A stretch of 51,653 nt of DNA, taken from Bigelowiella natans CCMP2755 (Eukaryota; Protista; Cercozoa). The position numbers and the translations under genes were made by a program. The notes beneath the pieces were generated by a model, which was not told where the DNA came from, did no database searches, and worked only from the letters and a program-made list of their open reading frames with translations. Shown here piece by piece: positions 1-12,162 of this stretch. Where the stretch lies: positions 1 through 51,653 of the forward strand of contig ADNK01002687.1 of NCBI GenBank assembly GCA_000320545.1, read 5' to 3'. Every line of letters begins with the position of its first letter. Within the stretch, counting starts at the first letter, position 1.

Positions 1-149
1 AACATTAGAGATATTTGGGTGTGATTAGTGAACACAAACACCCACCTCCCCAGGAAATCTTTTTCCTAGTTCCTGAACAAAGGCAGCACTGATGTGTTGT
101 TCACAATAACAGACTGGAGAGGGAGGGATAATGAATAGCACGCACTCAT

Positions 150-189
<40 letters not shown>

Positions 190-1385
190 CCACTCACAAA
201 GAGCAGCGTAATAAAAGAATAACAAAAATACAGAGAGTAGAGAATAGCTCAAGCACTTTATAGATATGATTTAACGTAGAAGCTCTACCGATCTGTGCAT
301 ACGCATCGATTCGATGGGACCGTATTGTTCAAACCATTGCCTTTATTTGTTGATGTTACTCTTGGTAAGGAACATTAATGTATGGACACACGCGCGCGCG
401 CGCGCGCACACACACACACACACACACGCACACACACAAGCGATTCCTTCAGCAATTCCCATCAACGATGTTATTAATACTCTTCGCAGTCATTCCGATT
501 TATGGCCAACAACAACAACAACAACACCTGAGTGTGTTCTCCGAGGTCTGGAAAGGGACATTGCGCACGTAGAGCTGCCTTGTCAGCACTCCAAAGCGTG
601 GCGGTCGCACCTGCATTTATCATTCGATAATAAACATCTCAGAGGCCCATTTCATTGATGGCAGCAGCTTATTTCACTCGATCGAAGGGCATTTCCCTGT
701 AGTACCATCGTGTGTGTACAGCATAGATCGTATCACCATAACGACGAAGTCGGTGGCAGGTTCGCATCACGTTATAAACATCGTCATGCAATGGGTATAT
801 ATCGTCTTTGCTTCAGCAGTGAGGGCATTCTGAGCATTAAATTGACGACTATATATCGTGAATATGACTCGGAATTCCCCACCTTGGGAAGCATCTCTAG
901 AACCCTTTCCTTGCTCACGCTCACCCTTGGCCTCACTAACAAGTGTTTTGCACAAACGGTAATGGGGGGGGGGGGGGAAGGAGTGGCTCATCTATGCGAA
1001 GATTCGAACGTCTGCGCACCCCCACAATACGGTGGACAGGAAATCGTATTATGTAGTGGGAGAAGAAAGAATAGCATGATTCACATTTGTATCTCTCTAG
1101 GAACTTATGCAACACGTCCGCTGCTGTTGCAGCTGCTTCTTCTTCCAATTTAAATATAAGATATTTCTAGTACCATTTTCCCAGTCGTCGTCTAGATTTA
1201 CGGATAGGAACTTCATTCTTTGTACCTAGAAGAAGAAACGTGTAGTCGGAATATAGAGAGGGGGGGCGAGAGGAGGAGAAGGGTGACGATATGTTTCGAA
1301 GATGCCTTGTCCTTATTTTAACTCGTTAAGTGAATGGGGATGACACGCACACACCATATCTCTCTTCCCCCCCCCCCCCCCGCCC

Positions 1386-1428
<43 letters not shown>

Positions 1429-1429
1429 C

Positions 1430-1468
<39 letters not shown>

Positions 1469-3145
1469 GTTCCAATGTCTCCGGCTTTCGAAAGATATGT
1501 ACGGTCTCGTTGTATTCGCGCGCATTTGCCTTTTTTGAAGGTAAATCGAAAGGAAATGAGGGAGAGCGATAGGAAAGACTGCATCACAAGAAAAGGAGGA
1601 ATCAATCTCCTCGCTAATGGCCCTTGTCAGCCATGCGGCAAGCAACAATCATCGATATATACGTCGGTGTCCACACGAACCATAAGGCGCTTATAACGTA
1701 ATGCTTGTAGCTTTTCAGGGTCATCTCCACACGCCCTGAAGTCATTTGAAGCAATAAGGACAGGTGAGGGGGAATACGGATAGAGCAGAGATAAGCGACG
1801 CTGAACAGCATCAGGCTTGCGACGATATAAGTTATAATGCCATTACTTATTCTCTTTCTTTAGCCTCTGAAGCAAGGGAAGAAGCTAAAAAGAGGTAGTT
1901 CCCAAACAAACGCATACGCACATATAATTAGCTATAAACACAAGATGAACACTAATATATGTTAGTAATCGAGGATAGGAAAACTTCGAAAAGGCACCCA
2001 AACGCGTACAGAAGGCCGTGATAGTTGAGAGCTTTCACAGGCACGGTGAGTTGTTTAGGCGCTATTATCATATTAGCAAAAATTTTGCAGTCTTTCGGGC
2101 CCTTAACGCCGTCGTTTTGTGGCAAACCGATATTCTTTTGGTGACTTGGTTAAATATTCTTCTAGAGTTTATTACGTCCTCTGTCAGGTGCTTATACGCC
2201 TCTTCATGTGTTTTCTGGAGATCCGTTTCACTGAATTGCTTAAACTGATATATATGTATAATATTGTATAATGAACATAACAGATTACAACTCAATCATA
2301 CTGTAGATTGCGGGCGTGCTCGATGAGGCGAGTGCTTCTCATCAAACCGTGCGATGTTGGCGCGTACATGTGAAATATGTGAAAACACCTTTTTCTTCTT
2401 CAGGAGTCTCTTCAATTCCTTCTCAAAATCCTCCTCGTCGCCAACTGGCATCTTATTTTTCATCTGGATGATGTTCGAGTGTTACCAGTATTTCCGTATC
2501 ATCACCATCCTCACCATCCTCCTCATCCACCTCATCATCATCATCATCATCATCATCATCGTCAACGCCGTGACCATATCGTTTGCAATATAATGTAGAA
2601 CGGACATCGTTGATACGATAGTACTACCCTCCAAAGGCGCATTCTTTTCTTGCGACCCCACTTTCCCTTTGGCAAGGATGATCGGTATGGCAAATCTAAT
2701 GTTCCTAGTAATGATAATGTAACCTCAGTATACTGCTACAAACAGTACGCGATGACATTTAAACAACATGAGTGGAATAATATTCTCTTAAGGATAATAT
2801 ATCGTGATTCTTCGTGTGTCTTCGGTGCCTTTACTTACCGTCCTTCATTCTCTTCTTAATCATCTTATTGTGTTGTCGGATCCACTTGGCCTCCATACTT
2901 CCATTTAGCTACGCATCATTTCACCAGGGTGAGTTTGCCAGTTTCACATCACGTGTGAAGGAGAATTTCTAGATCACTATATAAACAGCAGTACCACTTT
3001 GAACACGTTCTGTTCCGATTTCTTCTTCTCTCCGAACGCTAGGCGCCATATTTCTCGGAGCCTTCCGATAGATTTCGCTGACTGTGTATACGATTATGAT
3101 CTTGATTAGCCATTCCATTGGGTTTGATGCAGACTCATCAGATGG

Positions 3146-3189
<44 letters not shown>

Positions 3190-3855
3190 GTAATAAAATG
3201 TGTCCAATGATGACCTCTGGCGTCGTCTCCGCCTTCGGTCTTAGCTTGAGCCTTCGAGATAGTGATACATCACGTATTTCTCCAGGTCGTGTTGCAGCAA
3301 TCAATTTAGGAGGCATTATTTTCATGATTTCGCTGGCGGGATGGTCATCATCATCACCACGTACGAACGATCTGGGCTCTGGGCCTAACCACAACGGCTC
3401 CTCCTCCCCCTCCTCATCGTGATCCTCCAGCTTCATCGCATTTTCATGTTGTCCAGCCGAGAGTTGGCTGCTCTGAGGAGTGTTTCTAAAAGACCAATCC
3501 ACAGAATCCATTTGGGGAAGGGGCTCAAGATCCAAGTCCATTGCGATGGTGTCCGGGTTTTCTCCCCCCCCTCGAAGCAGCTGGAGTGTAGCGGGTAAGT
3601 TATGGCGGATGGCCCTCCCCCTGGTACTTGGACTCCATACTGTTTGGATGACAGCGAGGGCGAGTAAGGAGTAATGTCCAAACATCCCAAGGCTACTGTG
3701 ATGATGCGGCGGCTGCTTGTCACGCGGCTGTGGTCCACACGGAACACGATCAGTATCACACATTTCGATCATTTAAGCAATGCTACCTCCAAATATTCGA
3801 TGGCCCGAGCCTTCCATCGGGATTCCCTATGCCCCCATCCAAATCCGGCTGCCAT
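1..3855 (-). CDS. Multi-exon RRM-containing protein with N-terminal hydrophobic leader and LRGG motif; 3' end runs off the window
   Basis: Exon 610-528 reads VRPPRFGVLTRQLYVRNVPFQTSENTLR (RNP2) and splices to QWFEQYGPIESMRMH; AAFVQ (RNP1-like) follows near position 80. The 5' exons read MAAGFGW...YLE|PRDKQ...YSLLALAVIQTVWS...LQLLRGGG. Internal GT-AG exons include LNGSMEAKWIRQHNKM and MKNKMPVGDEEDFEKELKRLL. That all belong to one gene is inferred. Confidence 0.6.
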
Positions 3856-4119
3856 ACTCACCGGCCTGTGTGCGCTACGAATGCAAGCTGAGCCGTGCCA
3901 TCACCGATTTGAATGGATGTCCTATTCAAAATTTCCAATATTCGCTGATGTGATGACAGTGTAGGTAGTTTTCAGGGTTAAATTGTACTATAATCAGCTT
4001 CAAGTTGTTGTAACTGTTATGGAAGTCTACTTCAAAATGATACCTGAAAACAGGATTGGAAAATGGATGTTTTCAGCATGAATAAACGGGAAAACAAAAA
4101 AATATGCTGCTTTCTAAAA

Positions 4120-5450
4120 GAACCAAAACTTTGGCAAGAAACCATCAAGTCATCTGATGTTCAGATGTTGGTGGTTGAAATTGTGCACAAATTCGACGCG
4201 CATCTTCCTGGAAAAAACAATGTGCGTCACTCATGCATTTGGCGCATCGCGGATTTTTGATTGAAACGAGTGTTGTTGAGGCTCTGCTACGTGCAAATGC
4301 CTGTCTCCCATGTGGTTCTGGCGCATGTAGTTTTTGATCAACGCTTTGTTCATTGTTCATTGTTCATTGTTCATTGTTCATTTGCTTGTGGTTGTGCAGG
4401 GTGCTGACAAGTCCTTGCAACGAGTGTTGTTGAGGCTCTGCTGCGTGCAAATGCTTGTCTCCCATGTGGTTCTGGCGCATGTAGTTTTTGATCAACGCTT
4501 TGTTCATTGTTCATTCATTGTGGTTCTTACGCATGCAGATTTGATCAACGCTTTTGTTCATTGTTCATTGTTCATTGTGGCACTGCGTTTCGTGCTTTGC
4601 AAGTGTCATGCAACACTTTGGAAATGCACTCGATCATCATGTTTCTTGTTTCTTGTGGGCGCTGTCATCAATGCTGAAGTCCAGAAGTGTTCAACGTTCA
4701 GTGCTGCGTGCAAGCCCCTCTCCCAGACTCGTCTGACCATGCTGGCATGCACTGGTGCGTGCGTGCAGTGCAGTGCTGTGCGCCAACAAGTCCTCGATGT
4801 GAGTGTGGACGTCGCAAAGAATTCTGTTGCACCGCAGCAGTGCGTGATGACGGTGCAAACACTGGTACTCCACGCTAGCACGTGGCGCACCAGTGATCTT
4901 GTGTGCCCTTCTGGCCTTGCTGCAGTTCCTGCAACGCAATGTGAGGTCAACAGTCCAGCATTGCATGTCTGTCATTCGCGCTCTTCCACTCAATCTTTGC
5001 AACAATTTGAGTTGACTGTTCACGAGGATCATGACTGTGTCCATTGTGATCATTTTTCAATGTCAGGGCTGCATTTTGCGAACAACTGATTGTCCGGACA
5101 AGAATCACAGTCTCGAAGATCGGAGTTGGCGCGCGTGCTGGTCAAGATGACGGATGCTGCAGCTCTCAGTAGCTTGGTGAAGACAGTTTCATCCTTGCGA
5201 GATTCAAGATTTGATCATCTGTCATCTATCAAAGCCTCCTGCTAGACTGTTTGTCCACTTTGCGCTTGATTTGCTCATCATGTATGTGACATCGCTAGAT
5301 CAACGTGCGCCAGAAGTTCACCTTTCGAATGCAAGTTTAGCGATGTTGTTCGAGACGTGTGTCTGCAGCCTCAAGCAGGCTGGGAGCCTGCAAGCGCAAT
5401 CAATGCGCATTTGAACAGAGGATTTCCACGTTTTTGCACGTACACGAGCA
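4120..5450. other. TpA-depleted tract
   Basis: By eye, 6 TA in 4321-5220 (900 bp): 3 GTAG, 1 CTAG, 1 GTAC, 1 TTAC. TG and CA are abundant; CG is retained. Confidence 0.9.
4263..4580 (+). repeat. Two full and one partial tandem copies of a ~90-bp element, each followed by (TTCATTG)n
   Basis: aacgagtgttgttgaggctctgct[a/g]cgtgcaaatgc.tgtctcccatgtggttctggcgcatgtagtttttgatcaacgctttgttcattg at ~4265 and ~4419; partial copy at ~4520. Confidence 0.9.
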
Positions 5451-5575
5451 CATGAGACTGCTAGTTGAGGATGCATGCTGCTGCCACACGTGCGTCGTTT
5501 TGACAGACTTTCTTCTCTTTTTGGAGATGGCTGATAATTTCTCAAGTACTTTCCCCAAGTTCTAAAGGTTTCTAC

Positions 5576-7064
5576 CTATGTTAGGACTATGCTCATGATT
5601 TCCTGACAAGATCCCTCTTTGGATTCACACTGGCGAAGGGCCTCTGCGATGCCGTTCTTCATCAAACTTGCTTCTGTTTGAAGTGCTTTGAAAACTCCAT
5701 GCAGAGCAGAGCAGTAACTTTCACATTCTTCGACGAGCACATTGTGTGTAGGGTCTCCTTCTGCGAGGTAATTGCGGACTTTTTGGAACAAAAGAAAGTT
5801 AGTAGACATCTGTTTTGACTCCTTTGCTAGATTCTTGTAGTCACTGACATCAAGAATTATCTGCGAAAATTGCTTTCCTGATTTCATATCAAGTTGGGAG
5901 CGCCTTGCATCGATGATATATCTGATGCTGTGTGGTAGATATCTGCAGCTACAAAAATGTTTTAGAGGCGTCCTGGAATCTAAGCTGTACCTTTCAAAGA
6001 AAAAAATATCCTTGATGTTAGGTGTGCATCGTGTTTATGAGCGTTAGTGAGACATCGCAACTTGGTACTGCGCAGGAAAGCTCGTCTACTTACGTTTTCC
6101 CTCTGCGTGCTTTGGTACAGCAGTAGCTCTTACCACATCCTAGGCGGCAAACATATCTTGGCCTAGCATTCTCACAAAGAAACCTCTCCGAATCTGTACT
6201 CAACAATTTAACAGTGAATTCATTTATCTCGTTAACATCCTCAACAATGTCCACTTTTGCGATTAATCCCAAGAACCAATTGAGGTTTTCAGCATCCTTA
6301 CAGATGTCTTTCTTCGACGTTGGTTTGGTGGAAACAATATTGAAGCTTTTGATGTCCTGCGCGCAGGGTTCAACAGCAATGCCACGTTCGTTCTTCATGT
6401 AGACAAAGAGAATTTCACTGCAATGCAATTACCCTTTATTACGGAGAGAATTATCTACCGTGCAAAGCAATGACCCATCTAAAAAAACATCATATGCATC
6501 CATTTTTCCAAAATTTCGTTGAACTTTAATCACTTGGGTTATGACAAATATTCATAATTTCTGATAGTCCATCATACAAGTGCCCTATTTTCTGTTAAAT
6601 GAATTCAGTAACATGATCGACAAAGTGAAACCAACTTTTAATCCATGCTAGGGCATTTATTTCATTTTGTAACGGCACAGAGTGAAAACCTTGTGTTATG
6701 ATATTTTCACAGAGAAATGACAGCTCCATGATTAGGATTTTTTGATGGAATGCTGAACATCGAACGGCCTGATTTTCTTTCAAAGCTTGTGGGTTTTTCT
6801 GGTGAAGAAATAACGGAGGAGTCCTTTGTGGAGAGCAAATACTATTGACAGCTATGCAGGTTACTCTAAATGTGCGGCATAAGCTAACTTCTCAAAAACA
6901 GTGTCTACTGCCTGACAAACACTACTCGTGCTACACTTCAGTCTGGAGTCCGTCGGACAAGAGAAGGCGTCATCGTTAAAGTTATTCAGCGTCAAATCCT
7001 TCTCCGGGTACAGGCTGCACCGTGCAAGCATGTCGCAAGTTACAAATGCAGTGCTTCTGCCCAT
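5576..7064 (-). CDS. Hypothetical multi-exon protein with a partial Cys zinc-finger-like motif; may extend further 3' in eroded form
   Basis: Collinear minus-strand ORFs 6861-7064, 6595-6783, 6090-6428 and 5576-5887 separated by short gaps with splice-like signals; motif YVCRLGCGKSY. No family recognised. Confidence 0.45.
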
Positions 7065-7351
7065 TTTCTAGGACCCTCATTCGAGTACCTGCCGGCGTGG
7101 ACATCACAACTCACTCTTGTTCACTGAAATAATAGTACTTATCACGCGGAGAGTTTCTCATTCATTTCGCTTCCTTGGATGCACGGTAGAGTGTGAAAAT
7201 GGGGGCAATTAAATGGCTCGACAACATCCAAGCCGTCCGAAAATGCGTCAAGACTACTTCGCGCAAACAATAAATTCTACCTGCTCCCAAAATAATGAAT
7301 TTAGCGGCGATGCTACTTTGGCCTTTGAAATTGACGGGCGACAAGTAGAGA

Positions 7352-8269
7352 ATGGTGACGCACGTCGTGTGCATGATCACCCGGTTGCGCGGGCAAATTC
7401 CTACGGAGTACAATGTGTGGCCCCATTGTATGAGGATGTCGGACGGAGCTGATGAGAAATATGATCACGTTGGATATTTTGTTGCCACCATCCCTTCTCG
7501 TGAAGAACAGCCCTGCCTTGCTAAGGATGTGCGCAACGCACTCAATCGGCATCATTGGAAGAATTTCGATGAGCTTGAGTTAGAGTTGTCATCTGAAAGC
7601 AAAATGGGTTTTCAAACAATCCGAACACCCTGCAAAATATTTTGGAAAGAAAGATCAAGGAAGAATTACACAAAAAATACACCGATACACATCGACGATG
7701 CAAACATCTGCCTCACGTGTCCTACAGGCTTGACGCGGAAGATCGAGAGTGAAAGAAGTTTCTCTTCTTCTTCTTCCCCCTCTTCCTCTTCCTCAATCAT
7801 CGAATTGTTCAAAAAGCGCAGGAACATCGACATGGGGGCGGACATGTCTGGAACTGCTGTTCTTTGCATTCGTTCAACTCGAAAAGTGTGTCGAATTCGT
7901 TATTGGCAAGCTAGAAACAGAGAAGTCACTATTGATTTTGTCCAATACAAAGTTAGAATTCCTCTTGGTGTCAACATTGCAGACCCAATTGATTGCAAAA
8001 ATCGTCAAATTAGAAAGAGAAAATTTTCTGATGAGGATGACAGCATGGGTGTGAAAGTGTGTAGACACTCCACCGACAAATTGCAGGATGACCAAGGAGG
8101 ATGTGACACAAAGTCGTTTCAAGTTGGGGAATGTCCAGTGCAAAAAGGAGGTTTATTGATGGATCTTCTTGATCCTCTAACGTACATGCCGGCGATTGAA
8201 CATTCAACTCCAGAGAGTTTGGCGAGTGAAATGATAATTGCAATGTGGAATGAGCCTGAAACAGGATGA
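7352..8269 (+). CDS. Hypothetical 305-aa protein, apparently intronless
   Basis: Long ORF with normal composition (Tyr present), a Ser run and a basic RKRK segment; no recognisable domain. Confidence 0.55.
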   Translation: MVTHVVCMITRLRGQIPTEYNVWPHCMRMSDGADEKYDHVGYFVATIPSREEQPCLAKDVRNALNRHHWKNFDELELELSSESKMGFQTIRTPCKIFWKERSRKNYTKNTPIHIDDANICLTCPTGLTRKIESERSFSSSSSPSSSSSIIELFKKRRNIDMGADMSGTAVLCIRSTRKVCRIRYWQARNREVTIDFVQYKVRIPLGVNIADPIDCKNRQIRKRKFSDEDDSMGVKVCRHSTDKLQDDQGGCDTKSFQVGECPVQKGGLLMDLLDPLTYMPAIEHSTPESLASEMIIAMWNEPETG

Positions 8270-8900
8270 TGGCGGGTCCTTGTGAGTCTCATGAGTGTCT
8301 TCAAAACAAATCTAATCTGCAAAATGCTCAACACACCTAGCGTCTTAGTTTTTGTTCATTTTGAAACCTCAAATGAAAGCGGCAAATGAACAGCAGTGCT
8401 CTAGTGCTAAGTGAAGTGTAGACATTGACAACCTGAAGAAATTGGTGCAGGTTTGTTCTAGTCTAGTAGTTTTGCACGCACACACACGCGCACACGCACA
8501 TCTATGGACATGGACTTTGTGTTTCTCTCCAGCTCTAGAGCTGTGGCCAGCTTGCAAATCTAGAAATGAATGATGATGACGACGGCTTTCGATGTCGCTC
8601 TTGTCGCACAGCTAGACAGCGCTCAAATGTTTTCAGCTTGTTGGATGATGATTTGGCCAAATGTGTGCATGCACACCTGATTTAGTGATTCCAATTTTTG
8701 TCGCGCACAATTGTGCAAGTCTAGCAGTCTAGCAGTGTGTGATGATGTCTGGCTAGGTCTAGAGGTCTAGAGGTCTACTAGTCTGTGATGAGGACATGCA
8801 AGTGCACTGCTTTGCGCGACAATCAGACGAGGACATGCAAAGCAGGTTTCAATGGCACAACATTGCTAGCATCATGATCTTTTGTCCCTTTTCGTTGTCC
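8270..8900. other. TpA-depleted, CTAG-rich intergenic tract between convergent genes
   Basis: Remaining TA mostly in ctag/tag/cta, e.g. ggctaggtctagaggtctagaggtctactagtc. Confidence 0.85.
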
Positions 8901-8994
8901 ATGATATTAAATGATTAGATGATTTCTCTCAAATTGTAGTTGAAGGCTGATGAGGCGTACGTGTGTGTTCCTCCTGATTTTTTGTCTCTTTCAT

Positions 8995-10107
8995 TTAGTC
9001 CATTGTGTTCGCGTCGGGTGAGGATGGAGGTGTGGGCGGTTCCGACAGAACATCCTGCTCGACTGCTGGAAGCTGGCTCTCAATGTCATGTCCTTCGCCA
9101 CTGCCACTGTCATTGTTGTCACCATTCAATGGGTGCGTGTGCGATTTCTCAACGTTTGATGACTCCATTGGCCGTCTCAACTGTATCGTGTCAATGTGGG
9201 GAAGGCCTGGATACACATTACGCCGATCGAATGCTGCTATGGTGCTCGGATTCTGCAAAAAGGTTCGCAATTCTGCTACGAATTTACCTGTGTGCGTGAA
9301 CGTGAATTCGCGCAAGTGAATCTTGAACTGCTCGGAATATAGAGAATATTGAAGGACGAGGGATATGACGACCTGCACAATGATGCTGACGTCTTCGACT
9401 TCCAGGATGCTCTGAAGCTCTCTGGTTGCCCACGCTTTGAGTAGGGCCTCCTGCGAGCGTGCGTTAGACTTTAACACATTATCGTGCCGGCGGTTCTTGA
9501 GTCTACGCTTTTTCCTCTTAGCTACAGCATCATTAAAATTTCGTTTTCCGTCCCCCTTTCCCTGATCTTTTATGTCGTCCTCGGCGTCACTGCCACCATC
9601 CACGTGCAGGACGGAGCGAAGATTTCTAACGTAGACGAGCCGTCGAAGCTGATGATCTGGCGTCCACCAAGAATTTTGGTAGCTAAGCTCAGGGTCAAGC
9701 CACACCTTTTCATAGTCACGTTTTGACCGTATCCGGAAAAGCGCAAAACCAGATTTCCTCTTACACAGCGGACATGAGCCCCCCACTCTCCACCACTCGA
9801 CTATGCAGCTAAGATGGAAGGTGTGCAGGCACTTTTCTAGCATGCACAAGTCTTTGGAATGCTCTTCTAGACAGATAGCGCAGGGAGGGTCCGAGGAGGT
9901 TGTTGACGAGGACACGTTCGCCCCTTCTTTTACTTCAGACTTGGAAGATTTTGAGCTTTGGCCTTTCATCAGTTGTGTGCTGGCACCTGGAGTATCTGTC
10001 TTGAAATTCGGTAGTGTTTGGCGCCCCCCTTCCCTTTCCTCGGACGGCCTCCTCCTCTTCATTGCAGGTGGGTGGGAACAAGCAGTTGTGCTTGGGAACT
10101 TTTGCAT
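8995..10107 (-). CDS. TOPORS/Psh1-like RING E3 ubiquitin ligase, intronless
   Basis: RING CAICLEE...CLHTFHLSCIVEW...CPLCK; HQLRRLVY; C-terminal WATRELQSIL...KFVAELRTFLQNP...AFDR segment typical of TOPORS-like proteins. Confidence 0.85.
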   Translation of the reverse strand: MQKFPSTTACSHPPAMKRRRPSEEREGGRQTLPNFKTDTPGASTQLMKGQSSKSSKSEVKEGANVSSSTTSSDPPCAICLEEHSKDLCMLEKCLHTFHLSCIVEWWRVGGSCPLCKRKSGFALFRIRSKRDYEKVWLDPELSYQNSWWTPDHQLRRLVYVRNLRSVLHVDGGSDAEDDIKDQGKGDGKRNFNDAVAKRKKRRLKNRRHDNVLKSNARSQEALLKAWATRELQSILEVEDVSIIVQVVISLVLQYSLYSEQFKIHLREFTFTHTGKFVAELRTFLQNPSTIAAFDRRNVYPGLPHIDTIQLRRPMESSNVEKSHTHPLNGDNNDSGSGEGHDIESQLPAVEQDVLSEPPTPPSSPDANTMD

Positions 10108-10229
10108 CCGAGGAGGAAGAGGAGAATTCTATATCAAATTTAAGGGAATTCCTATAGTGCGACAATCTAAGGATTGAATACTAGAAAATATACGCTGGTA
10201 CTACTCGGTCACAGGAGCAGCAGAGTCGA
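10108..10229. promoter_or_regulatory. Probable compact bidirectional promoter
   Basis: Only 122 bp separate the divergent start codons of the RING gene and NUFIP1. Confidence 0.55.
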
Positions 10230-11749
10230 ATGGCGCACCAGTCCGCCTGGGCTGGGCTTTTCGGCCAACAGCCGAACAACCCGGTCCAATCGAAGGGGAC
10301 TGGAGGAGGCCACAATGGACCTGGAGGAAGAGGGCGACGGGGAGGGCGGCGAGGAGGCGGGAGAGGAGGAGGGCGAGGGAGAGGCAGGGGCAGAGGGCGA
10401 GGGAGAGGACGGGGCCGACACAGTAAGACAAGAGTACTGTTCGAAAGTGCACGTCTGACAAGACGACCAAACACATTTATCTAGCACAGAATACTCTAAA
10501 CTATATCCTCCTCCTCCTCCTCCCTCTATATCTCAACTTGCTATGCTCATGTGATGAGGTGCACATTGATTCATATGATTAAAATGCATACAGTAAATAC
10601 TGTAATTTGTCCAGATCGGAGATCGTCGTTCAAGAGGAACAAGAGGAAACGAGATAATGATATGCCCGACCTCTCAGCGTAAGCATTCTTCAACCTTCCC
10701 CAAATCAAATAGATGTTCGCAGAAGTTTTTCCATAATACTAAAACTCCTTCTTTGGTTGCTCTTGGTTGGTATCAGGTATATTGCACGGATTCCTGGCGA
10801 TTCTGAAGAGGAAATTCGGAAGTGGATTGAGTCCCGTAAGCGAAACTTTCCGACGAAGGCACGTAAGGAGGCGAAGCAGCGCGTCTTAGCAGAAGCACGA
10901 CAGCGCGGACAGCTAGTTGGAGGAGACAAGCAACATTTTGGCAACGGAGAGAAAGAGAAAGAACAGCCACCCAGGACCAAGCGAATACGAATAGAAGAAG
11001 ATGAAGTACGGGGCGAAGTTGCAATGCCAACATCCCAATGTGACAGCGGTAGCGGCATGGCGGAAGAAAGAAAAGCCGACACAGTAACTGGGACATTAGT
11101 AGGGACGTTGGGGGCTGTGGTAGAAGCAAATCCTACAATAATTAGAAATAATGACGGTAATGGTAATCAGGCCAATGACACTTGCTCTACAGCACCACAT
11201 CCGAATACAGTCGATTCAAATGGACAGCAAAGAGCGAAGACAGAAGCAGATGTCAATTGTCACCCCTCAGATCCGAAAACCATGGCACCGAGCATAGAAA
11301 CTGCAACAAATGCGACGACAAATAAAATACTAGCCACAATTGACAACAAGGATCGGGAGAGAGACGCGATGGCAACGATGGCGACTACACAATGTACTCG
11401 CAAACCATCTACTCGCAATTGCGTGTACTTCCTGCGTGGGCGGTGCCGAAATGGGTCAAATTGCAGGTTTTTGCACGATCCAAATGAAAAAACAAAGCAC
11501 GATTTGCAGCGCAAAGAAAAAAAGAGCAAGAGAAATAAACAACGGCACCAAAATCAGGGGGGGGCTAACGGTGGAGGTGGAAATAGCATCCGGTGAGCCG
11601 TGTATGTGTCTTCAACTTGTGATCCGATTAGACGATTCCGAGGAGGGAATTGATGAGTGTCGAGTTTTGTACACTTTTTCTTGTACATTTCTATGTAACC
11701 TCATGCTTGTATCAATTTAAGCCTTTCAAATCTGTTATCTCTCTCTCTT

Positions 11750-11796
<47 letters not shown>

Positions 11797-12162
11797 TTCT
11801 CTACCGCTTTCGGCATTTCTTTCTTTCCCGTTCATTTAACCAAGCTCCTACCCTTGTGTGCATATAAACGCAGTGGTCATCAAAGGAGAGGAGAACACAG
11901 GGGCGGGCTTTTCCTACCCAAACCCGAGCTGAATCTATTCGACAAATTAGTTTCGGATCAACGCCGAGCGCGTATGGATCGGATTCTACAATGTCTGCGG
12001 TATCTCGTACAAACCGATTTTCTCGTCAAGAGTCCCGTACAGGGCACCACGACTGCCTCCGCAAAAAGTGAGCAAGACGACGCCAAGGGAAATAGCAGTG
12101 TAGGTGATGTAGACGCAACCTCCATTAGCACTAGCGCCATGGAGCCCCTTACAACTAAGTGA
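10230..12162 (+). CDS. NUFIP1: NUFIP1/Rsa1-like box C/D snoRNP assembly factor with RGG N-terminus and CCCH zinc finger (4 exons)
   Basis: Exons ~10230-10422, 10615-10678, 10778-11592 and 11874-12162 join in frame. GDSEEEIRKWIESRKRNFPT (NUFIP1 motif); CVYFLRGRCRNGSNCRFLHD (CCCH); LFDKLV...ILQCLRYLVQTDFL. Confidence 0.85.

Noticed and set aside
4334-5089. 251-aa plus-strand ORF
   Set aside because: It has zero Tyr, is Cys/His/Val-rich and overlaps tandem repeats. It is open only because TA loss removes TAA/TAG stops. The same applies to the many short ORFs in other stripped tracts.
4120-8900. Named transposon or endogenous virus
   Set aside because: No transposase, RT, integrase, capsid, TIR/LTR or TSD could be recognised; kept only as a hypothesis.
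10174-10487. Alternative-frame ORFs over the GC-rich segment
   Set aside because: Shadows of the RGG-coding NUFIP1 exon.
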